Shown here: piece by piece, positions 11,801 through 24,375 of the stretch
Layout: each line of letters begins with the position of its first letter
How positions within the stretch are numbered: position 1 is the first letter of the stretch
NCBI GenBank assembly: GCA_965235115.1
Contig: OZ249436.1
Coordinates: 18,292,001-18,356,000 of the forward strand
Direction of reading: 5' to 3'
DNA: 64,000 nucleotides
Origin: Laetmonice hystrix
Taxonomy: Eukaryota
Notes under the pieces: generated by a model
Told to the model about the DNA's origin: nothing
What the model saw: only the letters and a program-made list of their open reading frames with translations
Databases searched by the model: none
Program-made: the position numbers and the translations under genes

Positions 11801-14783
11801 TGGGGGGGCAGGGTGATTAATTGAGGGGTTTTGGCCCCGTACAACTTTAAACAATTAGAAAAACATCACAGATCGTTTCTTTAGGTGGCAAGGAGTATAT
11901 ATTAACATAATTAGGTGAATTTATGCGTAATTAAGAAAATTGACTAGATCACATTTCTGGCCCGCCCAGACGTTGTTGGAGAGTTGCACTGAAAGGTGAT
12001 ATCTTTCCTAAAGTTGCGGTAATTGGTCAAAAATGGTTCAAATACTATAAAATGTGGCGTTATTATAGCCCTAGGTGTTCTACACATTTCTAAGTGGATT
12101 CTATTTCAGATTTCTTAGGTAAAGTATTTTTAATTATTTATTCTGAATAAAAAGGTGGACTCCACAATCTGAACACTATAGGCCTAGCTCTTTTGATAAT
12201 GCCATGGCAGGGGAGTAATCATACTGCTCCTGTATACAGGCATGCATGGTCACTCTCTATGTACGCATACCCCGCAATCCTTATTATAGAAATACACTTT
12301 AAGAATTAATTATACTTTTAAATGAAATAAGTTGTTATCCACTTTACTGTTGGAGGAACCTTAGTGAAATTCTCAACGTTGCTAGGAATACCTTTCATTC
12401 CCTTCTCCAACTTTGCTTATATTCACAAGACCTTTTGCCGTATATAAATGTCTTAAGTTTGGGATAAAAGGATTCAGTACTTTTTTAAATACGGACCCTC
12501 CGTAATTCTCCCATACAGCTACCCCGACCTGAATCCACCCTGCACGCGGGCTCCGACGCTGCCGGTCACGGAAACCGGCCGTCTGTCGGCCGGGGAATTG
12601 ATAGCGAAATCCCACGCTTGCTGTGTCTTTCTGTCCGAATATGGATCATTATGAATCTTTGCGGTTACACTTCTCAGTATCTCCCGAATAAAAACCCTGC
12701 AAGTTTGGAACCAAAGTATCTGACTTTGTTTTGAGGGCGCAATTTAAATAGGACACGCGCAGCTGTAAAAGTGTTTGGGGGGGGGGGGGGGTAATAGGCG
12801 GTGGTGTCGTTTTAGACGAACCTGACATATTCTAGGACACCTCCTCACCAACGTCCAAAGTTGGAATCAAGTTATTCACCCGTTTTTAAATTCCATGTGG
12901 CCTGTGCCTAAATCATACCGCGGCCCGCTGACCCAGACCTTCCTGGAGTGCAGCATTCTGCACACAGCATAATACACGCAACGAGGTACAAGCGACCGCT
13001 GGAGTGGGAATATGACCTCGGGGTCATGAGCAGTACCCCAGGTTCAGCACACGTGTACTGGTTGGCGCGCAATTCAGTTGACCGAATTCCTCCTGCATGC
13101 TCGGGTGCAGCCATCAAGACATCATTCTAGATTCTATAGGTCCCTCCAATACAGGCTACAAACACGTAAGTATAACTACATGTATATGTAATCTGTAATG
13201 ATCTGCTTTAATTCATTTATTGAACTTAGGAAAGCCTCAACTAAGGAAACTAATATGTTGCTATTTCCCGCCACTTTAGATCGAGTATTCCATATGTTCT
13301 AAAATAGTTCTTCCAATAACAGCCCCGCCTCTGATGCCATCTTACAGACATAGGCTACATATTTAGGCCTATATAGGTATATATATATATATGTGTGTGT
13401 GTGGAGGACCTTCCCCCACACCCCTTTTTAATGTAGTCCCATGCAGAACTTTAAACCAACAGTCTCATATCGCCTTTCTAAACAAAAGATTCATACTTTT
13501 GACAGGATTGATTGCATGGATATTGTTCCAATTTTGTAATTATTATAATAGGCCTAGTCTCTTTCACTTTCAAGGTCTAGACTACATGTAGATTTGTGTG
13601 TGGAACTACATGTAGGTAGTATAGTCTATACTCGTTGGTTTGACCTCATTCTTGCTCATATGCCCAAATTAAGTTCCTTACACTGAATGAGAGGGTGAGA
13701 CCGCAGATATCATTATGGGATGTTGGCGGGCCATAAAAATAGGAATTAACCTATAGAGTGTGGAGAAATAAGATACCAGGCCGGGACTAGGTCAGGGTAC
13801 TGTAACCCTGATGTTTGACATGTCAGCACATCATGCCACGTGTGAAGTATTTTATATTTAATCTACGCCAAGGCATCAGTTTGTGTGTGTTCGTAGGGTT
13901 CAAAGCATTGTCTTCAATTAGAATACAGAATATGCATGGCATCTTTGCCTGGTGTGATTATTTATATGCTGGTAGTCCATAGCTAATGAATATTCTGATT
14001 TTTGTTTGGATGTGTTTGATAAGTTTCTAATAAACTTTTCTCTTTTCTTGGGACTTTCAGTGGAGCTGTACTGTCTTTGGCCATGAGCTGGAAGGGTGAG
14101 ATATAAAGCACTGCTGGTACGTGTCTTAAGAGTGTAGTGATGTACTATACTTTCCACTATAAATAGGGCCTACTATACTAAAATATTATGACTTACTGTA
14201 GTCATGTCAGAAGGGGGCTCTCGGTCTTGTCTCGATTCCGCATTTGAAAGTTCTATCAATATCTCAGGTAGTTTACCCGGTTATCCTACAAACCACACTT
14301 AAAGTGATGTGCATTTAACTAGTTGTAATCAGTTGTAATACGCAGATTCGCATAAGTTATGACAAATTTTCCACGGCCCCACTATAGTCTAAAGAGATGG
14401 ATACGAACAACCCTAATATTGCCATTTTCAGGAATAGTGCAGTTTGACAATGCAATGCTTTTGCAGTGTTTGAATATTATTATTGTATTTCCTTGAACAT
14501 CTCCAGGTATTTTGTAGAATTGCAATGGCCAATCATTAGAATTGTCCAGAGGTTGCCGACCTGAGCCATACATAAAGGCATTAATATACAAAACTCTGGA
14601 AATTGCCACTGTGCAGTGTTGTAATAATAACAAATATCAAAAGTTTTTCAATATCAACTCTAATGGCTGCACTACAATGTTTATTTCTATACATTTTCAG
14701 ATTTCAGCATGCTGATCTTACAGAAAGTCTGGAGCAAAATCAGGCAGCCATCATGAGGAATGTGGCAAAGCTCAAAGCAGTAA

Positions 14784-15186
14784 AGCCGGCCTCAGGTCGC
14801 CCTTGCGCCGCGCCGGATCAGTCGGCGACTGCCTAGGCCTATTTGGCGATAACCCACGACTGAGCTACGACGAATCAGTCGCCGACCAAGGGTGACATGA
14901 GTGTGGTTGCGCCGGCGCGGCGACCGTCGTCGACCGAGAAGATCAGCCGTCGTAGAAGTAGAAATTGTTCAACTTCTACGCCGCGACGGAGCAAGATTAT
15001 AGGCCTACCAGTCGGCGATCGAGCGCAGTCGACCTGAGAGTGGTTGTAATTGATCGGCGACAAGATGCTGACAGTCGCAGGAAGGTGTACCCGATCTCCT
15101 CACAGGCGACATGAGCATGAAATTCACGTCAATTGCCGACGGTTCCGTCGCAGCGCAAGGAATCGCAGGGCGACCTGAGGCCGGCT
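14784..15186. mobile_element. Harbinger-type MITE, TSD TAA
   Basis: TIR AGCCGGCCTCAGGTCGCCCT and its reverse complement. TAA at 14781-14783 and 15187-15189. Confidence 0.88.
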
Positions 15187-15222
15187 TAAAGCGCATCCCA
15201 GACGAACAAGATCGGAATGAAC

Positions 15223-15501
15223 AAACTGAGCTCTCTGGTCTAAGAAACTGAGCTCTATGGATGGTCTGCGAAACTGAGCTCTATGGACGGTCTGACAAAC
15301 TGAGCTCTATGGTCTGACAAACTGAGCTCTATGGACAGTCTGACAAACTGAGCTCTATGGACAGTCTGACAAACTGAGCTCTATGGACGGTCTGACAAAC
15401 TGAGCTCTATGGTCTGTCAAACTGAGCGGGCTGACAAACTGAGCTCTCTGGTCTGACAAACTGAGCACTAGATCTAGGCCTATGGTCTGACGAACTGAGC
15501 T
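15223..15501. repeat. Minisatellite, about 22-26-bp unit AAACTGAGCTCTATGG(ACGG)TCTGAC, about 11 copies
   Basis: Directly visible. Confidence 0.92.
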
Positions 15502-16065
15502 CCATCTTCTTCCCTTCCAGTGTGGACATGGACCGTTTTGTACTAGGATAATTATGATGTAGGCCTAATAAACATTTAAACCATAATAACTGTGTTTTTG
15601 ATAAGATCTAAAAATACACAATATAAACTCGCAAATTTTATATCATAGTTAGGCCTAGCTCACCTGGTGAGTTTGCCTTGCAAACTCACAAACAGCTCAC
15701 AGGAAGCTCATTCTGTGAGTTGTGCAAACTCATAGAGAAGTCACAGCTAGCTCACATGTTGAGTTCAAACTCGCAAAAAGCTCACAGAAAGCTCACAGTG
15801 TGAGATTTGCAAACTCATAGAAAGGTCACAGCTAGCTCACATGGTGACCTCACCATGTGACTTTATAGTGAGTTAACCTACTTGCTTCAAAATGAGTCTG
15901 CTGTGACCTAACCATGTGATCTTTCCATACCTTTAATGTGAGGTCAAAGTGAGCTCGAGCACTGTGAAGTTAGATTCTTCACTGGGTATTTTAGGCGTAT
16001 AGACTATGAACTTTGTGGCTGTCGACCACCAAATCTGCAAGTTGTGGCAGTGAGACTTGAGAGAA

Positions 16066-17195
16066 ACAAAATACTGCAAGCACTGCCATGCTGTCGAGAG
16101 TCGATCCCGGCTAAATGTACCCGCGATGCAATGCTCAAAATGGCACCTATTTCACCCGAGGCTACTTTCGCTCGGAAAAAGGGTCTGGTAACAATGGTTT
16201 ATCTAGTTCAGAGGAAGGCGGCCATGATGTATCTGGCATATCACAGCAGCTGATTGGACGAGCGCGGAACTTGCTCTGGTCCCCAGCTCCAAGGCGAGTA
16301 AACGGCAGGGTACCAGTCCCACGTTGCACAAGGCAGACATTCCTCACGCTTGACGCGTGTTCGAGCCCCCCTAGGGATTTATCTTTTTCTATCAGTATCA
16401 TTATTTTGCTTAGAATGAATTCGCTTATGGATTAATTACTAGGGGCATTTTCGTTCGGATTTAGGGTTAGTTATGGGTTTGAGTTAGGGTTAGTGTTCGT
16501 GTTTAGAGTTTGAGGAATGTCTGCCCTGTGCCAGCTGAACGGAGGCGGAGTGTGGACCACGAGCGAGGCAGTCTATAGCTTTCACAGTCTGGCAGGTAGG
16601 CCTATGGCCAGAGTGTATAGGCCTACCGCTGATGGAATAGTCGGAATGAAGCGGGGGTTAGCCGAAATACCCTAGGCTACGGCGCCCTACGAACATCACC
16701 CGGTCGGCAGGATTTAGCCTTAGGCTTAGGCGGTCAGTGCTTGCTGCGTCGCCGACTACGTGTCAAGACTGGCCGACGCGTGGTGCCACCCGGACAGTGC
16801 CAGATCGAGGTTCATGCCGACTGGCACATTTTGACAGCGGTAGTCTACACTCGGACCATCTCCTTATTAATTTAGTTGGCAAGACATCCAGCACATCGAT
16901 CTATTTCCTCCACAAAGTCAAGAACCTCGGACACTCCACCTGCTTGCATGTTCCGCTAGCTGAAACTTATCTATAAAATCCATGCGGACTGAGGTTCAAA
17001 CCCGGAAGAGTAAAGTAGGGCGGGTCAGGTCAAGGTCACATCCAAATATGGGAAGTGAAGTCAGGGTGGCGTCAGAGCCAATCGGTGCCTTTGTGTCCAG
17101 TCCGTAGGCCTATTATCCAGCTTGCGGATAGGCTATATATAGGAGGACTGGTCGTCGAATCTACTTTCGAAGATATGGCCGAGGATTCCCGAATG
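16066..17195. mobile_element. Terminal part of a CATTCGGG-ended element (same family as 56561-57153), split by a 990-bp insertion at 16171-17160
   Basis: 16066-16170 plus 17161-17195 match the reverse complement of about 56561-56687. CTACTTTCG occurs on both sides of the insert (16162-16170 and 17161-17169). Confidence 0.7.
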
Positions 17196-17224
17196 GCTTC
17201 ACGCTTCAGCCTGAAATCAGTGGA

Positions 17225-17340
17225 CGTCGACGGTTTTCCCGTATCCTGTCGGTAAAATGGCCAACACATTATTATAAGACATCATCTTTGACTTTGGAAT
17301 TTAAAACCGCCTCGGATTGTTTTTCCTTCAGAAAGGAACA
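17225..17340 (-). pseudogene. Decayed fragment of a RecQ-like SF2 helicase (motif I), probably a transposon relic
   Basis: The minus strand reads gtg ttg gcc att tta ccg aca gga tac ggg aaa = VLAILPTGYGK, the RecQ Walker A context. An upstream KQSEAVL-like segment is present. The frame is disrupted. Confidence 0.55.
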
Positions 17341-18118
17341 TTTTGTGTGTTGATTTGCGTTCATTCGTCGAAGAATCTCCCTTTCGTCCTTATATCCGTT
17401 CTTGAACGCACTCCGCTATGTTTGTTTACCCACTCAAGGTGAAGGTCACGATTTGTGGTTACCAGTCCTATAATGTAAGTGGTGGACAGGGGACCAGTCT
17501 ACAGTGTGCCTCTGCTGTGGCTAAGTGCAAGGTATTTTAAACATATGAATCGTTATGTGGTCGTCAGACGGAACGGAGCACGGAATTACACAAGGGACGC
17601 TCCTCGATTCCCGTTCCTTTACGATTCTAATTTTCTTAAATCCCGGCTGGTGACGTCACGCCGGAAGACGATTGAATTAAAATGGCGGACAGATTCATCG
17701 CAGATTCCGTGGAATGTCGCAAACAAGAGCCGCACACAAACACTATATCAATCGACAGACCCTTTGGCCAATTAACGGTTTGAAGAGAGAGAAAAAGACG
17801 TCTACCATCACCGGTAAGAGTAGACAGAGTCAGTTTCAGTCTGTAGTGAGTGATATGCGCACAGAAAGACCGCTGAATGAAAGCTTGCCCAGCATTGCTG
17901 GGCAAAGTCACAGTGCCAGTTCAGTTGGCCATCGAATCATGACTCAGGGGCCTACCATGCTTACTCAGTCCAAGACCTGTAGCGTAGGCTGTAACTTAGG
18001 CTGTAGGGCAGACACCCCAAGTGACCCGCATCTGGCGGGTCGGACCCCCAAAACAGGCACCAAAACGCGCTGACCCGCGAGGGCAGCCAGATAAGACCCG
18101 CAATGATAGACTACGGTA

Positions 18119-18932
18119 GGGTCCGGAGCCGTCCAGAACCGTCCAGAGCCGTCCGGATACCGTCCAGAGCCGTCCGGATGCCGTCCAGAGCAGTCCAGAT
18201 ACCGTCCGGATATAATATAACTAACCCTAAACCTAACCTTAAAGGGAGTCGTAAAATTCATTTTTTTCGATTTATGGCAGTCTTAGAAACATATGATTCG
18301 CATACCTTGGACTCCCAGTAACATCATGTGAGACTGTTATGGCCCAGCGACCAGTATTTAGTAAGGAAAATATGCCAAATCTCTCGCAAATACGTAGCTC
18401 AGAATTAGCGAGCGGCCCACAGGATATTTGAGTTGGCCGCGGTCGGGCGATGATGACGCGTAATCTCGTGACTTCCGGGTGTACATGCGGTATTTAGGTC
18501 AACGCTAGACTAGAGGGAGATTCCCTTCCACACCCGGAAGTCACGTGATCACGCGTCATCATCGCCCGACCGCGGCCAACTCAAATATCCTGTGGGCCGT
18601 TCGCTAATTCTGAGCTACGTATTTGCGAGAGATTTGGCATATTTTCCTTACTACTGGTCGCTGGGCCATAACAGTCTCACATGATGTTACTGGGAGTCCA
18701 AGGTATGCGAATCATATGTTTCTAAGACTGCCATAAATCGAAAAAATGAATTTTACGACTCCCTTTAACTCTAACCCATAGGGTGTCTGACCAATGGGCC
18801 TACACCCCCACCGTGTCCGAACGGTACCGGACGGTGTCCGGACGGCACCAGACGGTGTCCAGACGGCACCAGATGGCACCAGACAGTGTCCGGACGGCAC
18901 CGGACGGCACCGGACGGTAATTAGTAGGACCG
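18119..18932. mobile_element. Non-autonomous element with GGTCC/GGACC ends, CCGTCCAGA microrepeats and a TAACCC-like tract; 8-bp flanking repeat CTACGGTA
   Basis: CTACGGTA at 18111-18118 and 18933-18940. The interior taaccctaaacctaaccttaactctaacccatagggtg is shared with the 36.3-kb array. Confidence 0.65.
18243..18764. mobile_element. Near-perfect palindromic (foldback) MITE, TTAA TSD, AGGG termini (Kolobok-like)
   Basis: TTAA|AGGGAGTCGTAAAATTC...GAATTTTACGACTCCCT|TTAA. Arms of about 240 bp are almost perfectly complementary. Confidence 0.88.
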
Positions 18933-20239
18933 CTACGGTAGGCTACCTAACTTAGCCTAGGCCTAGGCTAGACAACTCGTCAGCTCTGTGTAAATACTAA
19001 GTCAGTAACGTTAAGTGTGTTCCATATATTACAGAGCCAGACCTGCCAAGGGTATCCAGTCACTTAGACATGGCCACCCTTAACAGCTCCACGTTAACTT
19101 AAAGGGCTATAAATACGCCATTGAAACTGGTTCTATCCAACCGGAACTATTTGAACGTATGTAACAGATACCAGGCAAATGCCCCAAATAACGGAGACTT
19201 TTGAGTAGCAACTTGGGACTCTTTTTGCCTCACGACTTGTGCGCGTACCGCAAAAAGTCTACCTGTTCACACTCCGGCTGTGAGTCTGTGACGTCAGTAG
19301 CATGTTACTCTTGCGCCAAAGACTAAAGTGAGGCTCCATGCGGCTAGACACGGGCATTCCCCAACATGTGCTCAGTTGTAAACAGACATTCGTACTTTTG
19401 TCTCATTACTTGCTGCAACGGTTGAACGGCAACATGCCACGTACGGGACGTTCCCCATCTTCTACGACAGCTTCAGCTCAAAAACGCAGGAAACGCGAAC
19501 AACCCGCAATGACACCGTAAAATTTTTATCGGCAATGTATTTGAGGGATGGAAGCATTTACGGGAGGCGTTGAAGGTGCGACCCAGTGACAATGTGGGGC
19601 TTGTTCAGAGGTAACACGACATGTCCGCCCGTCGCCATGCCCGCCCGGTCATGTCCGCCCCCGGGATGTAGGCCCCTACCCCCGGTCATGCCTTCATGTC
19701 CGGCCCTCGCCGCTTAGCTAGAGAGGTGCCTGGCAAGGGACACGTTAGGCCTACCGACGAGCTGGCTGTCATTTTGTTGGGAACTTAGCGATTACAATAG
19801 TTGATCTAGGGTTGTTGGTACACTCCTCTAACTCAGTAGACTGTCCTAGTCAAGTTGACGACTTTTACCACCACGGGCGGCAGGGCGGGTGGTTGACTGA
19901 GTCGAGTGCATGTCTATCATCACAGAGGCAAGGCAGGCGGGAGGGCAACGTGTGAATTTGCCAACAAGCAGGTGCGCGGCACGTGACACCATGGATACAG
20001 ATACAGTACATGGCTGGCGTGCACTATCCTGATCCCGCAATGTCACAAAGGAAAACACATGTTCCTGCCAGCGTATGGAAACGTAGCGGCCCGGACCGAG
20101 CATACGTATCATTACGTTTCACCATAGTAACATGATCTATTCTTAGATCCTACCGATAGAGTTACGGAATCGAACAGAGACTTGACAATGGATAATGCCA
20201 TTGTGTCGCTCTATGACTAAACAAAGCAAAGACGGCGTC

Positions 20240-20361
20240 ATCAGTGACGTCACAATTGTGGCAGTTGTGAAGTTTTGGCATTAACTAAAAAGGAAGGGTC
20301 TTGCAGTGGGGAATTAGGTCATTCATGCCTCACGTTTCGGAAGTAGGTGACGATGGTATGG
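20240..20361 (+). promoter_or_regulatory. Candidate promoter and first exon of the UGCG-like gene
   Basis: TGACGTCA (CRE) at about 20245 and CGGAAGT (ETS) at about 20338. ATG at 20353-20355 is followed directly by the donor GTATGG, which would splice in frame to AAG ATG at 24373. Inference only. Confidence 0.35.
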
Positions 20362-20601
20362 TAGGCCTATGGATGGTAAACGGTAACAGTTATTGTTATT
20401 AGTCTAAATTCTTGTTTGTTAATGTGGGGCCATTTCATAACAGGAATAGTGAACGTTTAGGACACGTTGGCAGTGAGATGGGGCACTCGGCCTCAGAGGC
20501 CCTCGACTGGCTGCACCAGCCTGGGCCCACCAGCCAAGACCATATTAGGATTTCAATGCTGGAGGTTTCTCAGATTTAACAAACGGACAAATGGACATTA
20601 A

Positions 20602-20915
20602 ACGGTCTCAGATCTCTGTGTCTCAGATCTCCGAGAGGTTAGCTGCATAGCCAGGTGTTATAGTCTAACTATCCGAAATGTCCCAGTTGAGTTGAGTCAC
20701 ACGTAATAACTCTCATCTCCTCTGCGATATTTGGTTTACAATTTACCTATCGAGACTGTCGTTTAAATTATTCTTGTTTGGAAGAAAGCTCCATCGCCCA
20801 TCAGGTACCAGACAACTGGAGGTGTGAGCCTAAACAGCGACTAGCGCGTGCTTACTTAGTGAGATCTAAAGTAGGAAACCATGCCCCTGGAGTGCTGAGA
20901 CCAACGGAGATCTGA
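20602..20915. mobile_element. MITE copy (GGTCTCAGATCTC termini), family of 23431-23771
   Basis: Co-linear similarity to 23440-23760 over about 310 bp. Confidence 0.8.
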
Positions 20916-20979
20916 GTGGCCATAGACAGACACTATCTGCGAATTTGCTTTTAAATTCCTTCTGCTGATGTATGTATAC

Positions 20980-21222
20980 CAGGGGTGGCATTTGGAGTTT
21001 CGAGCTCGGGCGACTAGACATTCACAGAACACATGCCCGGTTGGTGAGTAGCATATTCTGGGGATAGACGTACTTAACGGGTCTGACTGGGGCTAATTTA
21101 TTGCCAAACAGAACCGGGCATCTGACGTTTCCATCATGTGGGCTAATAAGTTTTCATCTGGGCTAGTTGATTTAAATACTAGCCCGGCTGGCTAATTCTA
21201 CAAACTTTAATTTTCACCCCTG
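20980..21222. mobile_element. hAT-derived MITE related to the element starting at 62747
   Basis: CAGGGGTGGC...CACCCCTG ends. The left 140 bp matches 62747-62915 (gggcgactag, cccggttgg, ggtctgactggggctaatttattgc). No clean TSD. Confidence 0.7.
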
Positions 21223-21739
21223 TATACATAATACCAGTCGTAGCAGTTCTTGACAAGTCTTCACAATTCGTAGCAAATCTTGAGGTGTCGTAGGTAATTT
21301 GTAGGTAAATCGTAGATACTTTGTGACAGTTCGGCATGGTTCGTAGGTGAGACGTAGGTAATTCCTAAGTACATCGTAGCAGTTCGTAGCCAATTCGTAG
21401 TGTGTAAGGTCACACACTACGAATTGGCCAAGCGACCAAGAACCGTCACGGATTTCAATTTTCAGCTAACTCTAAGACCTTGGATTTTGTTCCCTGATGC
21501 CATGAAAACGCGTATTTGGCACTTTAATTTTCAAATGTTTCGGTGGGAGAGCTCCCAGACCCCCCGTCGCTTCGCGCCTTCGGCACTCCCATGATCAGCA
21601 TTTCAAATCTTGGATCTTGGGACCTATGCGAGAAGGTATTCTGAGCTAAATATAATCATTTACGTGTGATCAATAATAATGTGGCCCAAGGGGACCGGGT
21701 TGATAGTGCTGCCGCCACGCGGAAAAGACGGTAACAAAG

Positions 21740-23091
21740 CAGTGGTGATAAAAAGTGCCGGACATTGCCGGCAATTTTTACTGATGTCCGATGTGAGGCA
21801 TAATAACATCTGACAGATTGTCCGGTGTTATCAGATGGTCATGATGTTGGTAACCAGTACTCAAGGTCCATGAGAAAGGTGGCAGCCTCACAGTCGGTGG
21901 TCTGTCAGGCTGCCGCCTGGCCCTGGCCGGGTGTTATGTAAGGGTAGCTGATAAGGGCAGGTGGTGGATACTCCCTCATTCCTCCTAGTCGGGGTTGGTT
22001 TGGAGGATCCTTGTGCTCAGAAGAGAGCTACTTGAACTAGCTGGGTCTTGTATTTAACTGTCTACTATATATTTTCTTGAATCTTCTATTGGAGGAGAGC
22101 GGAATAAAACAATACTCTGATTATAGGTTGGCCAGCTGCCCTTGGTTTAGTGAGCCAGCAGGTTGGGTTGGATAGCATTCACACCCATTGGCATTGTCTC
22201 TGTATGACACGGGGATGGAAATGAGGTGCTTGATGTACGTGTGTTGTTTAAAAATGCTAAGAAAGGGGAGTATTAATCCATGAGGAGTATCATAGTTTGC
22301 AATGACAAAGGGCAACTTACTGAATTCATAGTTTGATATATATTTTATTCTTGGTTGAAAAAGTCCAGAATTTTAAAATGTGCCCAACCTAACATTATGG
22401 GCTGGCTAAGGGCCCGTAACTCCCTAATCAAGCACAAACCCTATAGGAATTATTTTCAAAGTTGAAAAATTGGGCAATAAATTGAAAAATAAATTAAGGG
22501 CCTGATCAAACTTGTAAGGGCCTGCTAAAAGTGTCTAACGGCCTGCTAAAACCTTTTTGACGGCCTGTTCAGATTTTGGCTAACTTCGTGTCCTAAGGTT
22601 CCATGAATTGCAAATGTGTTCCAGAGTATATTTCAATGGTTTTCCATCAATAAATCTGTCACTATTACTTTGATTATTTCAACAGAGCTATTTTCCTGAA
22701 GAAATATGGATCGTATCAGAAAAATGTGACTGATTGATATATCGTAATAACGCGTAATTTGAATGATACACAGGCCAACCGTCTGTAAACATGTCTGGTT
22801 ACTTTTTGTATTTTTAACTCCAGTACTTAGTACAGATCTGAAATTGGATCTCAAACGCAGAGAAAGAACCACAAAACGGGAACGTTTTAAAAATGAAAGT
22901 CTGATAAGGCTATACTTGTATTACAAAACAACAATATATTTGTTTATTGTCTGCGAAATGAAAAAATGTCAGGTGTTAAAGCCATTTTACATCTGACAAA
23001 AATGTCTGATGTAAAACAAAAATGTCAGATGTAACGCTCTTTTACATCTGACACTTTGTCAGATGTAGAAAAAAACTTTTCATCACCACTG
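21740..23091. mobile_element. Non-autonomous TIR element (CAGTGGTGAT(A/G)AAAAGT ends) flanked by ACAAAG direct repeat
   Basis: 17-bp TIR with one mismatch. ACAAAG at 21734-21739 and 23092-23097. Subterminal ACATCTGACA repeats at both ends. Confidence 0.65.
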
Positions 23092-23430
23092 ACAAAGTCC
23101 CTCATTCACCCTTGCAGTAGTTTAAGAAAAATACAGTAGACTAACTCTTAGCATGACATTATCAATTCAACACAGAATGGCCAGGCACCAACTCAGAATG
23201 GCCGGGCACCAAGAATTTTAAGATGGGGAAAAAACTAGGTGCCCGGCAGGGCACCTAGCCTTCAGAAAATTTTTCGACCCCTGTACCCCATCATGATTCC
23301 TTGGTTTGAGTGTGTTCACGTGCAAACTCCACTCGAGCTGTGCACTGAGATGACGTCGTAGCCCCTGCAACACCTACTTGACCCTCGAGTTGCAATCGAA
23401 GTCGGCCCCTGGCGATTCATACCTGGCTTG

Positions 23431-23771
23431 CCGGTGTCGCGGTCTCAGATCTCCGTGGTCTCAGATCTCCGGGAGGTTAGCTGCATCGCCGTGTGTTCTA
23501 GTCTAACTATCCGAAATATCAGCTCTCAGTTGAGTCACACGTAATAACTCTCATCTCCTCTACGATACTTGGTTTACAGTTTACCTATCCAGACTGTCCT
23601 TTAGTCTTGTTTAGAAGAAAACTCCACCGCCCATCAGGTAGCAGACGACCGGAGGTGTGAGCCCAAACAGCGACTCGGGCGTGCTCACTTAGTCAGATTC
23701 AGCATCTAAACAATAGGAAACCATGCCCCCGGAGTTCTGAGACCAACGGAGATCTGAGACCGCGACACCGG
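23431..23771. mobile_element. MITE with TIR CCGGTGTCGCGGTCTCAGATCTCCGT
   Basis: 26-bp perfect inverted ends. A second copy lies at 20602-20915. Confidence 0.85.
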
Positions 23772-24375
23772 GTCAGGTGTAATAACAGCCTTCTTTGAGT
23801 TCTGGTACAAGTTTTGGTCGCCCCCCCCCCCCCCCGAAAAAAAATACAAGTGCATTTGGGGGTTCCCTGCACGTGGCAGTACTGCTCTGTCCCGTACAGC
23901 CCTGTAGCAGTTTCCGTTGACCATGCAAGTTATAAGTGACATGGCCAGAATGACGTCGACCATTGTGGTTGTGGCAGTTGTGTACCGTAGTGAGTTTGCA
24001 GGGCTTGTCTTTTGAAAAAGCAGGTGCACAAAATTTTGTGCACCTTGAAAGAGGTAGGCACGCATTTTTTTTTGTATACCTAAAATGTGGTAGGCGCACA
24101 ATTTATTCTTGGGTCAGATGAGGTGTAATAGTGTGTATCCTCGCAACTGTCACACATCCAATCCGTCCTGACTTTTGTTAATGATCAACCATAGGCACAT
24201 GGTTACTGCCAGGGTACAAGCACATTAGTATTATATACATTACAAGTAGTCCGAGGCGTGCGAATTTTCAAGTTTTATTTTTGCAAGGTGCGTGTTTTTT
24301 TGCGCTCCTCTGTCTCATTTGCGCGCCTTAAAGGACAAGCCCTGAGTTTGTGCTCATGTTTGCCTGTTTCAGAAG

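Larger units (their letters stand above)
11050..15986. mobile_element. 4.9-kb non-autonomous DNA transposon with CCCAGTG...CACTGGG ends, TA flanks and GTGAG/CTCAC-rich subterminal arrays (EnSpm/CMC-like by inference)
   Basis: TA|CCCAGTG at 11048-11056 and CACTGGG|TA at 15980-15988. Related repeat arrays at about 11060-11415 and 15655-15970 (gtgagctttctgtgagc versus gctcacagaaagctcac). Confidence 0.65.

Noticed and set aside
15223..15501. Regularly repeated 22-26-bp units resembling a CRISPR array
   Set aside because: No unique spacers, no cas genes and a eukaryotic context. It is a minisatellite.
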